DNA of 58,118 nt, filler included, from Basidiobolus ranarum (Eukaryota): the NCBI GenBank assembly GCA_040143965.1. It is 2 parts of 2 records of this genome, joined end to end, with 100 filler letters (N's around TTAATTAATTAA, not from the genome) between each part and the next. Parts side by side here need not be neighbours in the genome. Positions count along the whole stretch, not along the records: positions 1 to 29,019 come from JASJQH010000108.1; 1 more part is not named here. The stretch is one strand, 5' to 3'. Positions 1 through 14,770 of the stretch are shown here, piece by piece. The position numbers and the translations under genes were made by a program. The notes beneath the pieces are model-generated. The model ran no database searches, was not told the origin of the DNA, and was given only the letters and a program-made list of their open reading frames with translations. How positions within the stretch are numbered: the stretch's first letter is position 1; each line of letters starts with the position of its first letter.

Positions 1-536
1 CTGGGATGAGAATACTTCGCGGAGCTCGATGAGGCTGTAAAACACGAGAGCTGTGCACTCATAGAACCATAAAATTTGTTGAATGAACACAACTCATAGT
101 ATGATTAGTTTCCCTCTCATAATCAAGGTTTTCTGCACTGTCTTGTCATATTTGATATTTACAATCTGTGAATCTTTCATGCTAAGGCTGATAGCATTAA
201 AAACTTTTTTATCCTTCTTCTTAATAACTTTAGTGCAACTGAATCTATAGGTTACTTCTCTAGCCTATACATAGCATATGGCACTAAATTTTAGGTACAT
301 CGGTGGTATGACTTTTCATTACATTAATTCTATTTTTCGATCTTGTTTTATCAGTACATAAAAAGCTGCCCATTAATTTTACCATAAAAAAGTTAAATTA
401 TTCTGGTATATTTTCACAATTTTTAATACCATTTTTTGATTATAACTTTTGCCCTCTAGCTGCTGTGGTATCTAGTATACATACAATAGCCAAATAATCA
501 AAAATGGCAAAGTTTAAGCAAGATCAAAGTTGCTGG

Positions 537-856
537 TGTTAAAGTATCTTGGGAGTTTGTTGGAAGTGGTTTTTTGAACTCCAAAAATTGGTGGTTTCAC
601 TTATTGATTTATTGAGTCAAAAATGAAATTTTTAGTTTTGTCAAGATGTAGACAAACAAGTAGATAAAATGTAAGAAGAATTGTCCCAGGAACATGTGTA
701 CAAAGTTTGGGGCTTCTAACAGAAGTTTGAAAATCTAAATATCTGAGAACTTCTAAGTGAATTCCTTTGGAAGTGATATCATAGTTCAATATATGAATAA
801 CTAAATGCTAAGCAATATATGACTATATAGGTGCCTAGGCTATGCTAATATCAACA
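537..856 (+). mobile_element. LTR-like repeat, copy 1 (solo-LTR family)
   Basis: Begins TGTTAAAGTATCTTGGGAG and ends ATATCAACA. Colinear with copies at 1613, 30868 and 31900. Flanking 5-mers GCTGG/GTTTT do not match. Confidence 0.75.
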
Positions 857-1612
857 GTTTTGACTTACTGATTTATTGAGCTTGAGCTGACCTTTATACT
901 TTCATAATACCTGTTTCAGTCACATTTGGGCATATCTTAAAATGTTCCATTATTGTCTTCAGCTTTCACACATATTCTGGGTTTTCCTGGATAATTAGAG
1001 CACAAAGTCTTGCTATCTAGTGAATTTTCTCTTTCACATAATAGTATTTGCTCTTACACATCTCAAAGGTATTTCATGTCCCATTTTCCCAGCTATTAGC
1101 TAATGCTTAAATAGTGGGGGAGGAGTCCTGTCTTTCCTGGAGGGGAGTGGGTGTGGCTCAAAATGCCTGGATCTCATGCATACCCTGTTAAAGTATTTGG
1201 GTCATGAGGGCCACCCTACTGGTAGCAAGTCCACCTCTCACTACTCCTGTATTATGCCAAAACTAAGAAAGAATAGAAGGTACCACTTCCAGTATGGAGC
1301 TTTGTTTAATTGCTATATGTGGACTTTGCTGGTAACAAGAATATCCTTAAATCACAAGCTGTTGCAAGATAATTATAAACAAACACACATGCCAAGTTGA
1401 CTCTCTCAGTAACATATATCTCTAACTCATATCCAAATTTACTTCACATGATCACTCTTTCCAACTTCTCAATTCTGCACTCTGACTACATTCTCTCTTT
1501 ATGTCTAAACATCATATTACATTTTGACTGCTATATGAAATTCAACTTTGTTTCTTGCACCATGCCAGGTATTGTATATATACATTAATAAAGTGATTCT
1601 AAGGTCTGAAGC

Positions 1613-1936
1613 TGGTAAAGTATTTTGGGAGCCTGTTGGAGGTAGCTTGGAGAAATAGAGAAATTGGTGGTTTTCACTTATTGATTTACTGAGTAGAAAG
1701 TTGACATATATAGTTTTGTCAAAATGTAATCAAACCAACATGTAGAATATGTTAAAGAAGGTCCCAGGAACATTTGTGCAAAGTTTGGTGCTTCTAGCAC
1801 AGGTTGGAAGAACCTATATATCTGAGAACTTCTAAGTAAATACCACATGAGAATAATGGGTGATATCTTAGTTCAATATAGGATATACTAAGCTACACAT
1901 GACTATATAGGTGTTTAGGCAATTCTAATTTCAACA
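1613..1936 (+). mobile_element. LTR-like repeat, copy 2
   Basis: TGGTAAAGTATTTTGGGAGCC...TTTCAACA. Shares internal blocks (GGTCCCAGGAACAT, TCTGAGAACTTCTAAG, GACTATATAGGTG) with the other copies. No matching TSD. Confidence 0.75.
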
Positions 1937-2291
1937 ATCATACCGTGTTCTTGTGATGCCTTACCTAACCATTACATTTGTATATTCAATTAATTATAAA
2001 ATATTAAATACCCTAACCCTAGAATATTCAAGTCAGCTAACCCAGGTCACATTGATTCCACTACCGAGGCTTAGTACTCCGCATACTATTGTGCTTATCA
2101 TAAGAATGAGGAGCTGCTTATAACTACTGATATTTATCAATTACTAACCCAAAATCCAATTCAAATCACGAGAAGAAATTTAACAGTTGTTTTGAATTGA
2201 TGGGTTTTAATCACATTCTGGGTATCAATTTCTAATTTCAAAAATCCCTAATTATGTGCTTGCGTATCTACATGTTGACCTTAGACCAGCA

Positions 2292-4816
<2,525 letters not shown>

Positions 4817-5222
4817 GCTATTTCTTCGGGATATTCCTGCGATTCACATTGCTACTTTTTCCTAATCCACTGTACCATAAATAAACCAAGTTTGAATATA
4901 ATCTAACTTTTACTTAAACCTATTGATTTTAATGCTTAAGACCTTGATGACATCAGGATTTGTTGCTATTTTGGTAGATTCAAATCAAGTTGTATGACCA
5001 GATGGCATTTAGTTACATTCAAATACCAATGCGTGGTTGTTAAGTAGTAAACCCAGCTTCAACTTTATTTTATGCTGTTAGCCACCTTCTAAAGTGTGCT
5101 CAGTATATACTATACCTCTTATTATTTTAAAGACCACGCTTACCTTTCTACTTGAGATCTAACTTGAGAATTGCTTAGATTCATAGGTTTATTTTGGTTA
5201 TTCAGGACTTTTAAGGTTTATC

Positions 5223-8200
5223 ATGAGCGGACTCTCTGGGTTTCTCCAAACCGAACTAATTGCTCTTTCTAATGAAGCAAAACGTAAAAACCCAGAAATT
5301 AAGGAGGTAATGACGGGATGCACATATTTCCTATGTATATTCATTCGTGAACTGATTAAATCAGCATCTTTGATGCACCATTAGTACTAAAATGGCTGCT
5401 TTCATTATTTTAACTTAGGCTGTTGATAAAGTACTTGTGATTTTACGCGCTCATCAAGGTGACCGATTAATAAACGGTGAGGATCACTCTATTAATATGT
5501 GTATACTAGAACGCTTCATTACTTTTTTCAATATCAACCTCGATTTTGGTGTGTAAATGATGCTTCATTAGTTACTCAAGCTACTTTCTTTATAGAATTA
5601 AGCCATAACGAAGAAACTCTTCGTCCCTTTTTCCTTGCTTGTCAAACGAAGAATTTGAAGTTAACTACTATAGCCATTAGTTGTCTTCAACGTTTAATTC
5701 TTCATAATGCTATACCTGAGGTAAGATAGTAATCCTTATGACACAAAAACATGTATAACTTATTTAACCTTCATTTGCATCATATATCTTATAGAGCTCA
5801 GCCAAATCCATTTTGAAATCATTATCGGAGATTGCTAGTAATGGAGTTCTTGAAGTACAGCTCAAAATCCTTCAAATTGTTTTACCCCTTATTACGAATT
5901 ATCATTCTGTGCAAGGTGAAGCTCTCTCGGACGTAAGTTTTCTCTGTTTTATCATTGCCGAGTATACCACTTTTATTGAAATTATGTGTAGATGATTTCT
6001 AAATCCAAAGTATCATGTATTCCATATAGGCAATTTTATTGTGTTTCCGTTTACAAGAATCCAAGAATGGCGTTGTAAATAATACTGCAGCAGCAACTTT
6101 GCGACAACTTGTTATATATGTTTTCGATAAAGTGAAAAAAGAAACGCCAGAGTCCCCTGAAGGTTTGTATTAAAATAGTAAAGTATGTTATCTCCATATA
6201 TATGGGTAATTTTGAACTCGTGTATTGGTGAATATATAGCTTCAGAGGCCACAGAACAACAGAAAAGCAAGAATGTTGGGAGTATCGCTCCCCCGGCCGA
6301 GCAGAGCGCACGCGATGCTTTCTATCTGTTTCAGGTAATGATGTGGTGCTTATTATCGAATGTAATTCCAAATTCTAACAAACATTCAGGATTTATGTTT
6401 GCTTATCAGTGGTGAATCCCCGATTTTTTTGAAATTGACTTCGTTGAGTCGACCTCTGGGCTTGGAACTAATCGAATCGGTGTTAACAAATCATTATAAG
6501 CTTTTTCGACAAGTAAGTATTAAATTGGTAAATCGTTCGCCAGAAAATTGCTTCTAAACTAGCTTTCATTGCTTAAAGAGGCCCGAGTTCAGTTCTTTGT
6601 TGAAGGAGAAACTTTGCCCACTTATCATCAAGCACTTCTCCGATAAATCCGACTTTTCCAATACTGTAAGATCGATCAGAGTGATATACCTGCTGATCAA
6701 AGAATTCAGCGAGAATCTGGTACGAATGCGAGTTTGTTATCGTGAATGATTGGAGAGACATGCGTACTAACTTGCTAACTTAAAGGTAATGGAATGTGAA
6801 ATCTTCCTGACTATGCTTGTCAAGATGTTGGGTCAAGAGAACCCCTTGTGGCAAAGAATCCTCTCTATGGAAGTGCTTCGAGGAATTTGTCTGGATAGCT
6901 CCCTTGTACGTTCCATCTATCGACATTACGACAGAAAGAAATCCACCCATGTTTTCCATGACATAGTGAATGCCATTGGCCATCTCTCTATTGAGAATCC
7001 TTCTGTGGTAGGAACGGGCGGAGGATCTAATAGCCTACAGGCTGTGGATGGAGCGCATACAGCTGGTGCCACAGGTGAAGCGAAGCTCAGTGTCGTGACA
7101 TCTATCATGAAAATTCAATGGTTTCTCTTTTTTTGCTAATGATTGGAATATATATATATCATGAAACTAACATGGTTTACCTAGTATCGATCAGCTAGAT
7201 AAAGCCGAGCCTCCGGCCATTCCAGAATCTTATTTGTATTATCTAGCTTTGGTTTGTCTACATTCGATAGCTGACGGTCTTGCCAGTTTCGTTCTTCCCA
7301 CATTTGCTCGTCCTATTAAAACAGACCTGGAGTCTAACTCCACTACAACATCCGCCTCTCCAGTGGTTCCGGTCACAACCATTTACCATAATAGTGAAGA
7401 TCTAGAGAATCATCCATTGGGTGCGGAATTCGCCATCCTTTCGGACATAACGAATGCGGTATGGCCCGGACTTTTGGCGGTTTTCTCATTCTTCTTGACT
7501 GCCAACATGGATCACGAACTCTTCCACGCAACGCTACAATCGTATCAAAATTTCACTAATGTTTGTGGAGTTCTTAAGCTAGTTACTCCTAGGGATGCAT
7601 TTCTGACCTCTTTGTGCAGAGGCTCCATTCCCAATCAATCTGAAAAGGGTGTCATTGATGTATCCGCAAATGGAGCCAACGTTGCCAATATAGTTCCATT
7701 ATCGGAGAAGAATCTCTACAGCTTACACACGCTTCTTACCATTGCTAATTACCTTGGATCCATCTTGGATGATTCATGGTATTTGGTTTTGGCAACGTTG
7801 CAACAAGCTGATCTGATTTTATATTCCACCAATAATCGTATGAATGCTGGACGTAAAACTGGAAATTTGACCACCTCAAGCCCCGCTAGTCCGTCAGCCT
7901 CTGCATTGTCATTTAGAAGAGCCATGTCATTCCCTGCTTCTTTAACATCATCCCCAACGTCTGCCACAAGTCCTGACTCTTCCACTAGCCCCGACCCAGA
8001 GTCCTTGACCCTTTCTGCAGCAATTAAACGCTTGTTTGACAACACAAAATACTTGGACAATGAAGCATTCCTTTATTTCTCGAAGAGCATATGTCGTCTG
8101 TCCAGCGATATAACTGGTCTCAAGAGACGCGTGAGCACGGAGATCAAGAACGAAGAAAGTGGATCAAGAATTATGCTAAGTAGACTAACAAATGTAGGTT

Positions 8201-11200
8201 TTTTCATGGCATTTCTTATTGTTATGTTTCTAACCTCAATGAACAATCACCTAGAAAACGGAGAGCTTTGCCATCCGAAAGATTCGTCAAACTTCACTCT
8301 TGAATATGGATCGTCTAGTTTCTCAAGACAACTCGGGAATTTGGGATATGATTATGAATCACCTCATTGATACTGCAAACTACCTTTCGACGGCTGCACA
8401 GATTCGTACTCAAACTTGTGAGGCTATTGCAGACATCATTGCTGCAGCTATGGTAAGCGTTTCAAGTGCTGAGATGAAAGGTGATGAGCAAGCACAAATT
8501 CGCCTTTTGGTACCTTTGAAACGGTTGGTCATTGGTGAATCGGTTGATGAATCACAGCGGGTCAAATTCATTGAAGTTCAAAAGATTGCGATAGAAACGT
8601 TGAACAAACTTTTACAAACTTCTGGAGAATCGTTTACCGTTGGATGGCCTATGATCTTTGACATGATCAAGAGTGTATGTTACTTTGACCAGCCCAAAGA
8701 AGAAGTAGTCATCGATGAAAAAGACACAGCCTCGATCTCCTCCAAAGCATCTAACACTCATTCTATTAGAACAACCGGTTTGGTTCGAGTTGCATTTCCA
8801 TGTTTGCAATTGATCTGCACAGATTTTCTTCCATTACTGGACTCAAGATGCCTACTGGAGTGCATTAAAACGCTAAGCTCGTTTGTGTTACAAACTGAAG
8901 ATTTAAACATCAGTCTAACTGCGGTTCGACTTCTTTGGAATGTCTCTGATTTCTTACAAACTAAACGAATAGACCTTGAAAGAAGTGAAGAGAACGAAGA
9001 ATCATCAACTCCGGCCAAAGAACTCTCTGAGGATATGACTTTGTATAGCTTTGAGGATGAGATCAATGAGGACCTCACATCTCAAAGTTTAAGTGCCCTA
9101 TGGGCTTTGCTGTTACATAATCTTTCAAAGATATGTACTGATCTCCGCCCTGAGGTCCGAAACGGAGCCATTCAAACGCTCTTTCGAACAATTGGCATCA
9201 ATGGGGGATTGTTGAAACCTATGAATTGGAAACTTTGCATATGGAAGGTGATCTTTCCCTTAATCGACTCTGTCAAGCAAACTGCCTTTGAAGCCATAGC
9301 CGCGTGGAGGGCATTGAAAGAGGTCCAAGATGACAGTAAATCATTTATGATGGTTCATCACTCGCGTGGGACTATAGATAAGCAGTGGGACGAGTCGCAT
9401 GTTCTTGTTCTAGGTGGAGTGACACGTTTATTCAAAGACTTTTTATCGGCGTTGATTGAATTGGAAAACTTCCAAAATGCATGGGATGTACTGTTACGCC
9501 ATTTGAAGGATTATTTTTTGAATTACAGTCCAGAAGTTACCTTGGCCTCTATCAAGAGTTTCCACTCGTTACTTTCACTTCCCAAGGATAAAGATTCCTT
9601 GAATATTGCCAAGATTCATCCCCTATGGGTGAAGGCTTGGGAGATATGGGAACAGATTGGGTCCGAAATGGTTGAAGCCAGCCAGCCAGACCAGCCCGAC
9701 AAGGATCGTCCAATTCGCACCTTCGACCAGGATACCGTGACAGCATTTACCTCGACTTTTATCGATTTATATGAAGTTGTTCGAGAGGACTTTGAGCTAA
9801 ATCAAATTGAGAAACTTATGAAAGTACTCTATGGTGTGTTAACGCATCAAAGCAATGTGAACGCTCCATCCGATGTGTCGCACCTTACCCCACTTCAATC
9901 TTCGATTCTGGAGATCATTAGATCACTAAAGTTGGATGCGGAGGGAAGTGCTGTGGTGGTATTACATCACCTTTGTGGCAATGTTGAGCTTGCTTTCATG
10001 CAACAAACATCTCGAAAGAAGCCTACGTACATTGCTTTGGCCAGAACTCTTATGGACACCATTAAAGAATTACTACTAAAAGCTATCAATAATCAGTCAA
10101 CATATCAAGAAGGAGTATTCGAGCATGTTATCAAGGTAACATCTTCAAGCCGCACTTCACACTTTCCCATCACCTATGCTGACACTCATTCTTTTCTCAT
10201 AGACGTACAGCCACCCGATGAAACTAAAGTATGAATGCCCTACATTTGATTCAAATATCAATCCCCTATGGAAGACAGCTACACTTTCAGTGCTAGAGAT
10301 TCTTGAAGCTGGCATGAAAGTATTTATCTCTGTGGCAGAAGGTAAGTCCGAAAGTCAGGTATTACTTTATGAGCAAGAACTGATCTGGTTATGAACAGAA
10401 ATTCCAAAGGAAAGGTTTTTAGGAACCTGGAACAATATAGTAAACTTGATTGAAGGGACCATCTATTCTGATAGGTATGACAATATTTCTTTGAAAAACC
10501 ACTCTCTTCCGTTGATTATTAATACTTTTCATGTCAACACAATACAGCACCTTCCCATCTTCCATGTCGATCACTGATATTCGAACAGATGAGAATTTTG
10601 ATATTGAATACCTGGACAAGCTTCAAACCATTCTCTTCCCATTCATGGGTTTACCCAACGTCCCACGAGAAGTGATAACTCGAGTGATTCGATCATTGGA
10701 GAAAGGATCCCGTCTTTACGCTGACTCTAGGATCACGGAGATGGCATTAGAAACACAAGGAAGAAACGAAATTCCAGGGCTGACAACTGAAACGGTAGCT
10801 GTACAACGTGAACACTATGCAATTATATGTCTTAAATGTCTATTCAAGCTGTGTTCCACTAGTAATTGGGGTAAGAATGAACTGTTGATATAAGCGCATA
10901 ATTCTTTACAACAATAACACTATCCATCACTTTTTTCAGCTTTTCATGATAGTCTTACCGAAGAACAAACGAATGAAGTATCCAAGCGTATTGCTCAAGT
11001 GACCGCTCCTATCCTAATCAGTCGATGCCGATTTATCCTGGATGCTTATGTGGTTGATTCCCCATTATTTGGAAAGATGCCATTACCAAGGTTAGTGATT
11101 TCTTACAAAAGAGCAGTCCATCTCCTAACCCTAACCCTAACCCTTCTATCCCTCTAAACGGAAACACCAAATCTTCTAGAATACGTCAAGATGAAATTCT

Positions 11201-11506
11201 ATTCGTATTGAATGAACTTCTATCACTCGATATGCGATCAGGAATATTAATTCAACCATCAGAAACAAGTCAGTATAACATATCCTATTTCTATGAAACT
11301 GGAAAGTTTCCAAGGTTATTAACGAATAGATATTTATTCATTCAATTGTAGATACTATCAAGTTACATTTATTGAACAGTCATGTAGGACATTTATTTAT
11401 TTTATATGTTCATCTATGTAAATCATTATTACCAAACCAAGATTCGGAGATTTTGGTATTGATAAAAAGATGTTTGGAAAGATTAGGTGATGAGATGAAT
11501 ATTTAG
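5223..11506 (+). CDS. MON2: Mon2 (Sec7-related endosome/Golgi trafficking protein), multi-exon
   Basis: N-terminus FLQTELIALSNEAKRKNPEIKE, then VQLKILQ, NTAAATLRQL, PRDAFLTSL, LVRVAFPCLQLICTDFL, DLRPEVRNGAIQTLFRT and MVHHSR...KQWDE. Confidence 0.92.
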
Positions 11507-11757
11507 AAATAAATCATTCTCCGATAAATTTTTTACTTTCATTATAGTTATACTAAATTTTATGGAAGTTTTATTGCTTTCTTTCCTTCTTGAATATCAT
11601 ATTTATCGTATAGGAACTCCATTGTAAAATCAACGAATTTCAATTGAAATCAAGGAATTCAAATAATCCTTTTGGTTCAGTAAGTGGGATTTTAATGGAG
11701 TGAGATTAGTTCAAAAATGTGGTGTATCTCCAGTTCTTTTGATTTTTATAAGGAAGC

Positions 11758-11800
11758 GTGTGTGTAAGTAGGTGTACGTGTGTGTGTGTGTGTGTATGTG
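11758..11800. repeat. Imperfect (TG)n microsatellite
   Basis: GTGTGTGT runs between the convergent 3' ends of MON2 and the next gene. Confidence 0.6.
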
Positions 11801-11946
11801 CGCATGGAAGGGGGGAAGAGATGGAGGAGAAAAGGAGAGACAGAAACATATAGGACCAGAAAGTGATCAGAAAAAGATCAAGTTAATATGGGGATGGATT
11901 TCTCTACAACGGAAGAAGATGTGAAACAACAAAGTCTCAGGTTTTT

Positions 11947-13420
11947 TTACATTGAAGGTTTTAACAATTGCTGCCAAAATTGGTCAGCCAGGAATTCGGT
12001 GGAGCTATCACCCGAGAGGGGTATGGTTAAGCTATCATCTACAATACTGGTGGAAGTAGGGGTAAGAAATGGATTGGGATTATCTGGAATCATTTTTAGT
12101 GACAGTGGAACTGATCGTGCTGCAATAGAAGAAAATTCGTTCATAGAAGAGATGCTATGACTGTGAGGAGACTGTGGATTTCTCAACGGACGTGGAAGTA
12201 GATGTGGTGTGTATTTGGTGCGATAGATATCCACGATACGTTGAAGATTAAGTTTCTGATTATCTAAATGATCTGGATTCAACCATGCCTAAATAAAGTA
12301 AAAATCATCTTTCAATTAATATGTTGACAAGGGGGTGATTTTGATGTGTCCAGATGATTTTCTATACCAATTTCCAGGCGATTTCGTTGCAGCTCATCTG
12401 CTGTCCCAAATGCGGATAATCTGCTTTCATTAGGCCACGCATGAAGACGGAATTTCGTTGTTTAAAATCATCATCAATGTCAGCTACATCCACTTCATTA
12501 ATGTTGATGTATACCGGCCAGAGAGCACCCGAATGAACATCCCGATAAATTAACGTATCCGAATCGGGAGTATTCAATGGACTATCTGACGAGGCGGTGG
12601 ATTCACCACTAGATATGGAGGAACGTGGCTTTCGCTTTCGAAGTGTTCCGTTATTTAATTTCTCTTGTCTTGCGACTCTTCGCGAACGTAAACTTGGATG
12701 CCTATTTCTAAAACTATCCACTGCACGTTGAATGAGTCCACGTTTGCCACTGAGTAATTCTTGGTTCAAAAACGAGAGTCTCCAGCCCAAGTCATTACAT
12801 TCAGTTTCATAATGCCATCGATTCCCATGATACTCTTCTTTGGAACAAAAAGCACGGGGATATACCTATGGATGACAAAAATCAAAATAAAAGGGGTAAG
12901 TTTGACTACACGTGAATAAGCAATAAAACCCAAAGAAACACTTAAACAAGTTCAAACGAATAAAAATACTAACACAGTTATCGACTTTAAATTGGTGTTC
13001 AAGGTCTTCAGTATTGACGGATTCTACGTCGATTCTTATCTCGTGACGTTGCATACGTTTTTTGTGTGCATACCAAAAACACAACCATTCTACTTCGTCT
13101 TTTGTGAAGGTACTTGGTTCATATTGGTTCGTGGTATTTATTGGTTTTTTCGTAGAGAAATTCTCAAGTGGTGGACGTAACTTAGGTTCGTGCTTTTCTT
13201 TTGGCTTACCAATTCGGCCACCGTTACATCGACCGAGTGACTCTCGATTTTTCCTAGCTTTTCCAACGGTTCTTTCAATAGATAGTAGTTGGTCTGCTGT
13301 TAACTCATCTAGTACCTGGTCACAGCTAAAAGTAGGATCCAGTAACTGTGCAAGGGTAATGTTGTAAAAAGTAGGTCGAGGCTGTATGAGCTGGGGTTTC
13401 TGTTGAAAAAAACCATCCAT
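11947..13420 (-). CDS. Uncharacterised conserved fungal protein with two copies of a ~90-aa domain (3 exons)
   Basis: Spliced product contains IRIDVESV...FKVDNCVYPRA...GNRWHYETECNDLGWRLSFLN...GKRGLIQRAVDSFRNR. A second degenerate copy follows: FKQRNSVFMRG...CNEIAWKLAWMN...LQRIVDIYR. Confidence 0.75.
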
Positions 13421-14770
13421 GGTTTCAAGTAAGCACCCACCCCAGTTAAGAAGTACACTGAAAAGGAAAAGTGACTAGTGCCTGTGGATGAGAGGGATAA
13501 GGTAAAGTGAAGAAAATACAAAAGAAGCGAGTGATACAGATGAGAACAGTCTCAGAAGAAAAGAATTTACAACGATAAGGGGAAGTTAAAGGAAATTAAG
13601 GGAATCAAACAAAGGTGGAACTAAAGACGGGTAATCACTGGAAGAAGCTTGGTATTACCCGTGATAGACCAAGGTTGATAAGCATTCAAAGAACGCGAGT
13701 GGCTCAACTTTGTATAAGAAAGGGATCATTCCACAAGAAGATATAACCAAGTACTGATTGATGTCATTGGTTATGATTAGTTTTTGGTTTTTGAATGCGC
13801 CGATAGAGCCAATAAAGGGTTATTATGGCAACAAATGAATGCCTGGGATTAGTTTCCCTAAGTTTACATGACAAAGTGGCCATCGACCTGATTCCGACAT
13901 TCTTTTTCCAATTTTCCACAAATCGATAAATCTACACTTGGATAGTTCCCTTTTTCTGGATAACGATGATACGATCTGCGTGTTGGTACGTGTTGCGGAT
14001 GCGGATGTGGATACGGATCTGGATGACTGTTGCATCACAAATAGCAGCTCTCAAAATACCAAGCATTATGCACGCGTCGACATCTGATCTGTACCGCCAA
14101 TGCAACAACATGCTATTTTCTGAAATCAATGTTTATTTACACTACAGCCCACCCCCTCTAAATGCTATCAATAACATGCTCCCCTAAATGCTATCAATAT
14201 CCGACATCACGCTTGGGCTTCTAGCCAACTGCGGTGGAAGTTCCTGGTCGAACCGGAAATGGAACCTAAACCCAAACCCAAGATAAATTAGGCTAAAGTG
14301 AAGCCACAGTCTTGATGCCAACATGTGCTGATAGTTGATTCTGCCAAAGATAGTAACCGACTCAACACCAGCACTGATAAAACCATCTACCAATAGGTTG
14401 GGCTCTGGGATCAATGATTGTCCACCCGCTAAAAATATATTGATCTGAAGTGTAGCAAGATGGCCATGGTGGATGAGCCATAAAAAACCAAAAATGGGTT
14501 TATTAAAGGATGTTAATCATAAGATAGGGGAAGGAGGGAAAGGAAAGGAAAGGTGCATTATTTAAAGGGGGGTAGACATAACATGGGTGTAAAAGTTGTG
14601 CAGATGTAATATTCAACTAAATAGCGGCGGATCGATGATTTTTCCAATTTTATATAAAGAGCTTGATTCCTCTGCCAGGTGCCTCTTTGTGCAATGAAAA
14701 TTTGCTAACCATAACATCTCCTCATGTCGATAAATTCTCTAGGGTAACGGCGGTTGGACATATAAGGTAT

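Noticed and set aside
11124-11143. (CCTAAC)x3 telomere-like repeat in a MON2 intron, with shorter versions near 2011, 17688 and 27372
   Set aside because: Too short for an interstitial telomere, and CTAAC also matches the intron branch-point consensus.
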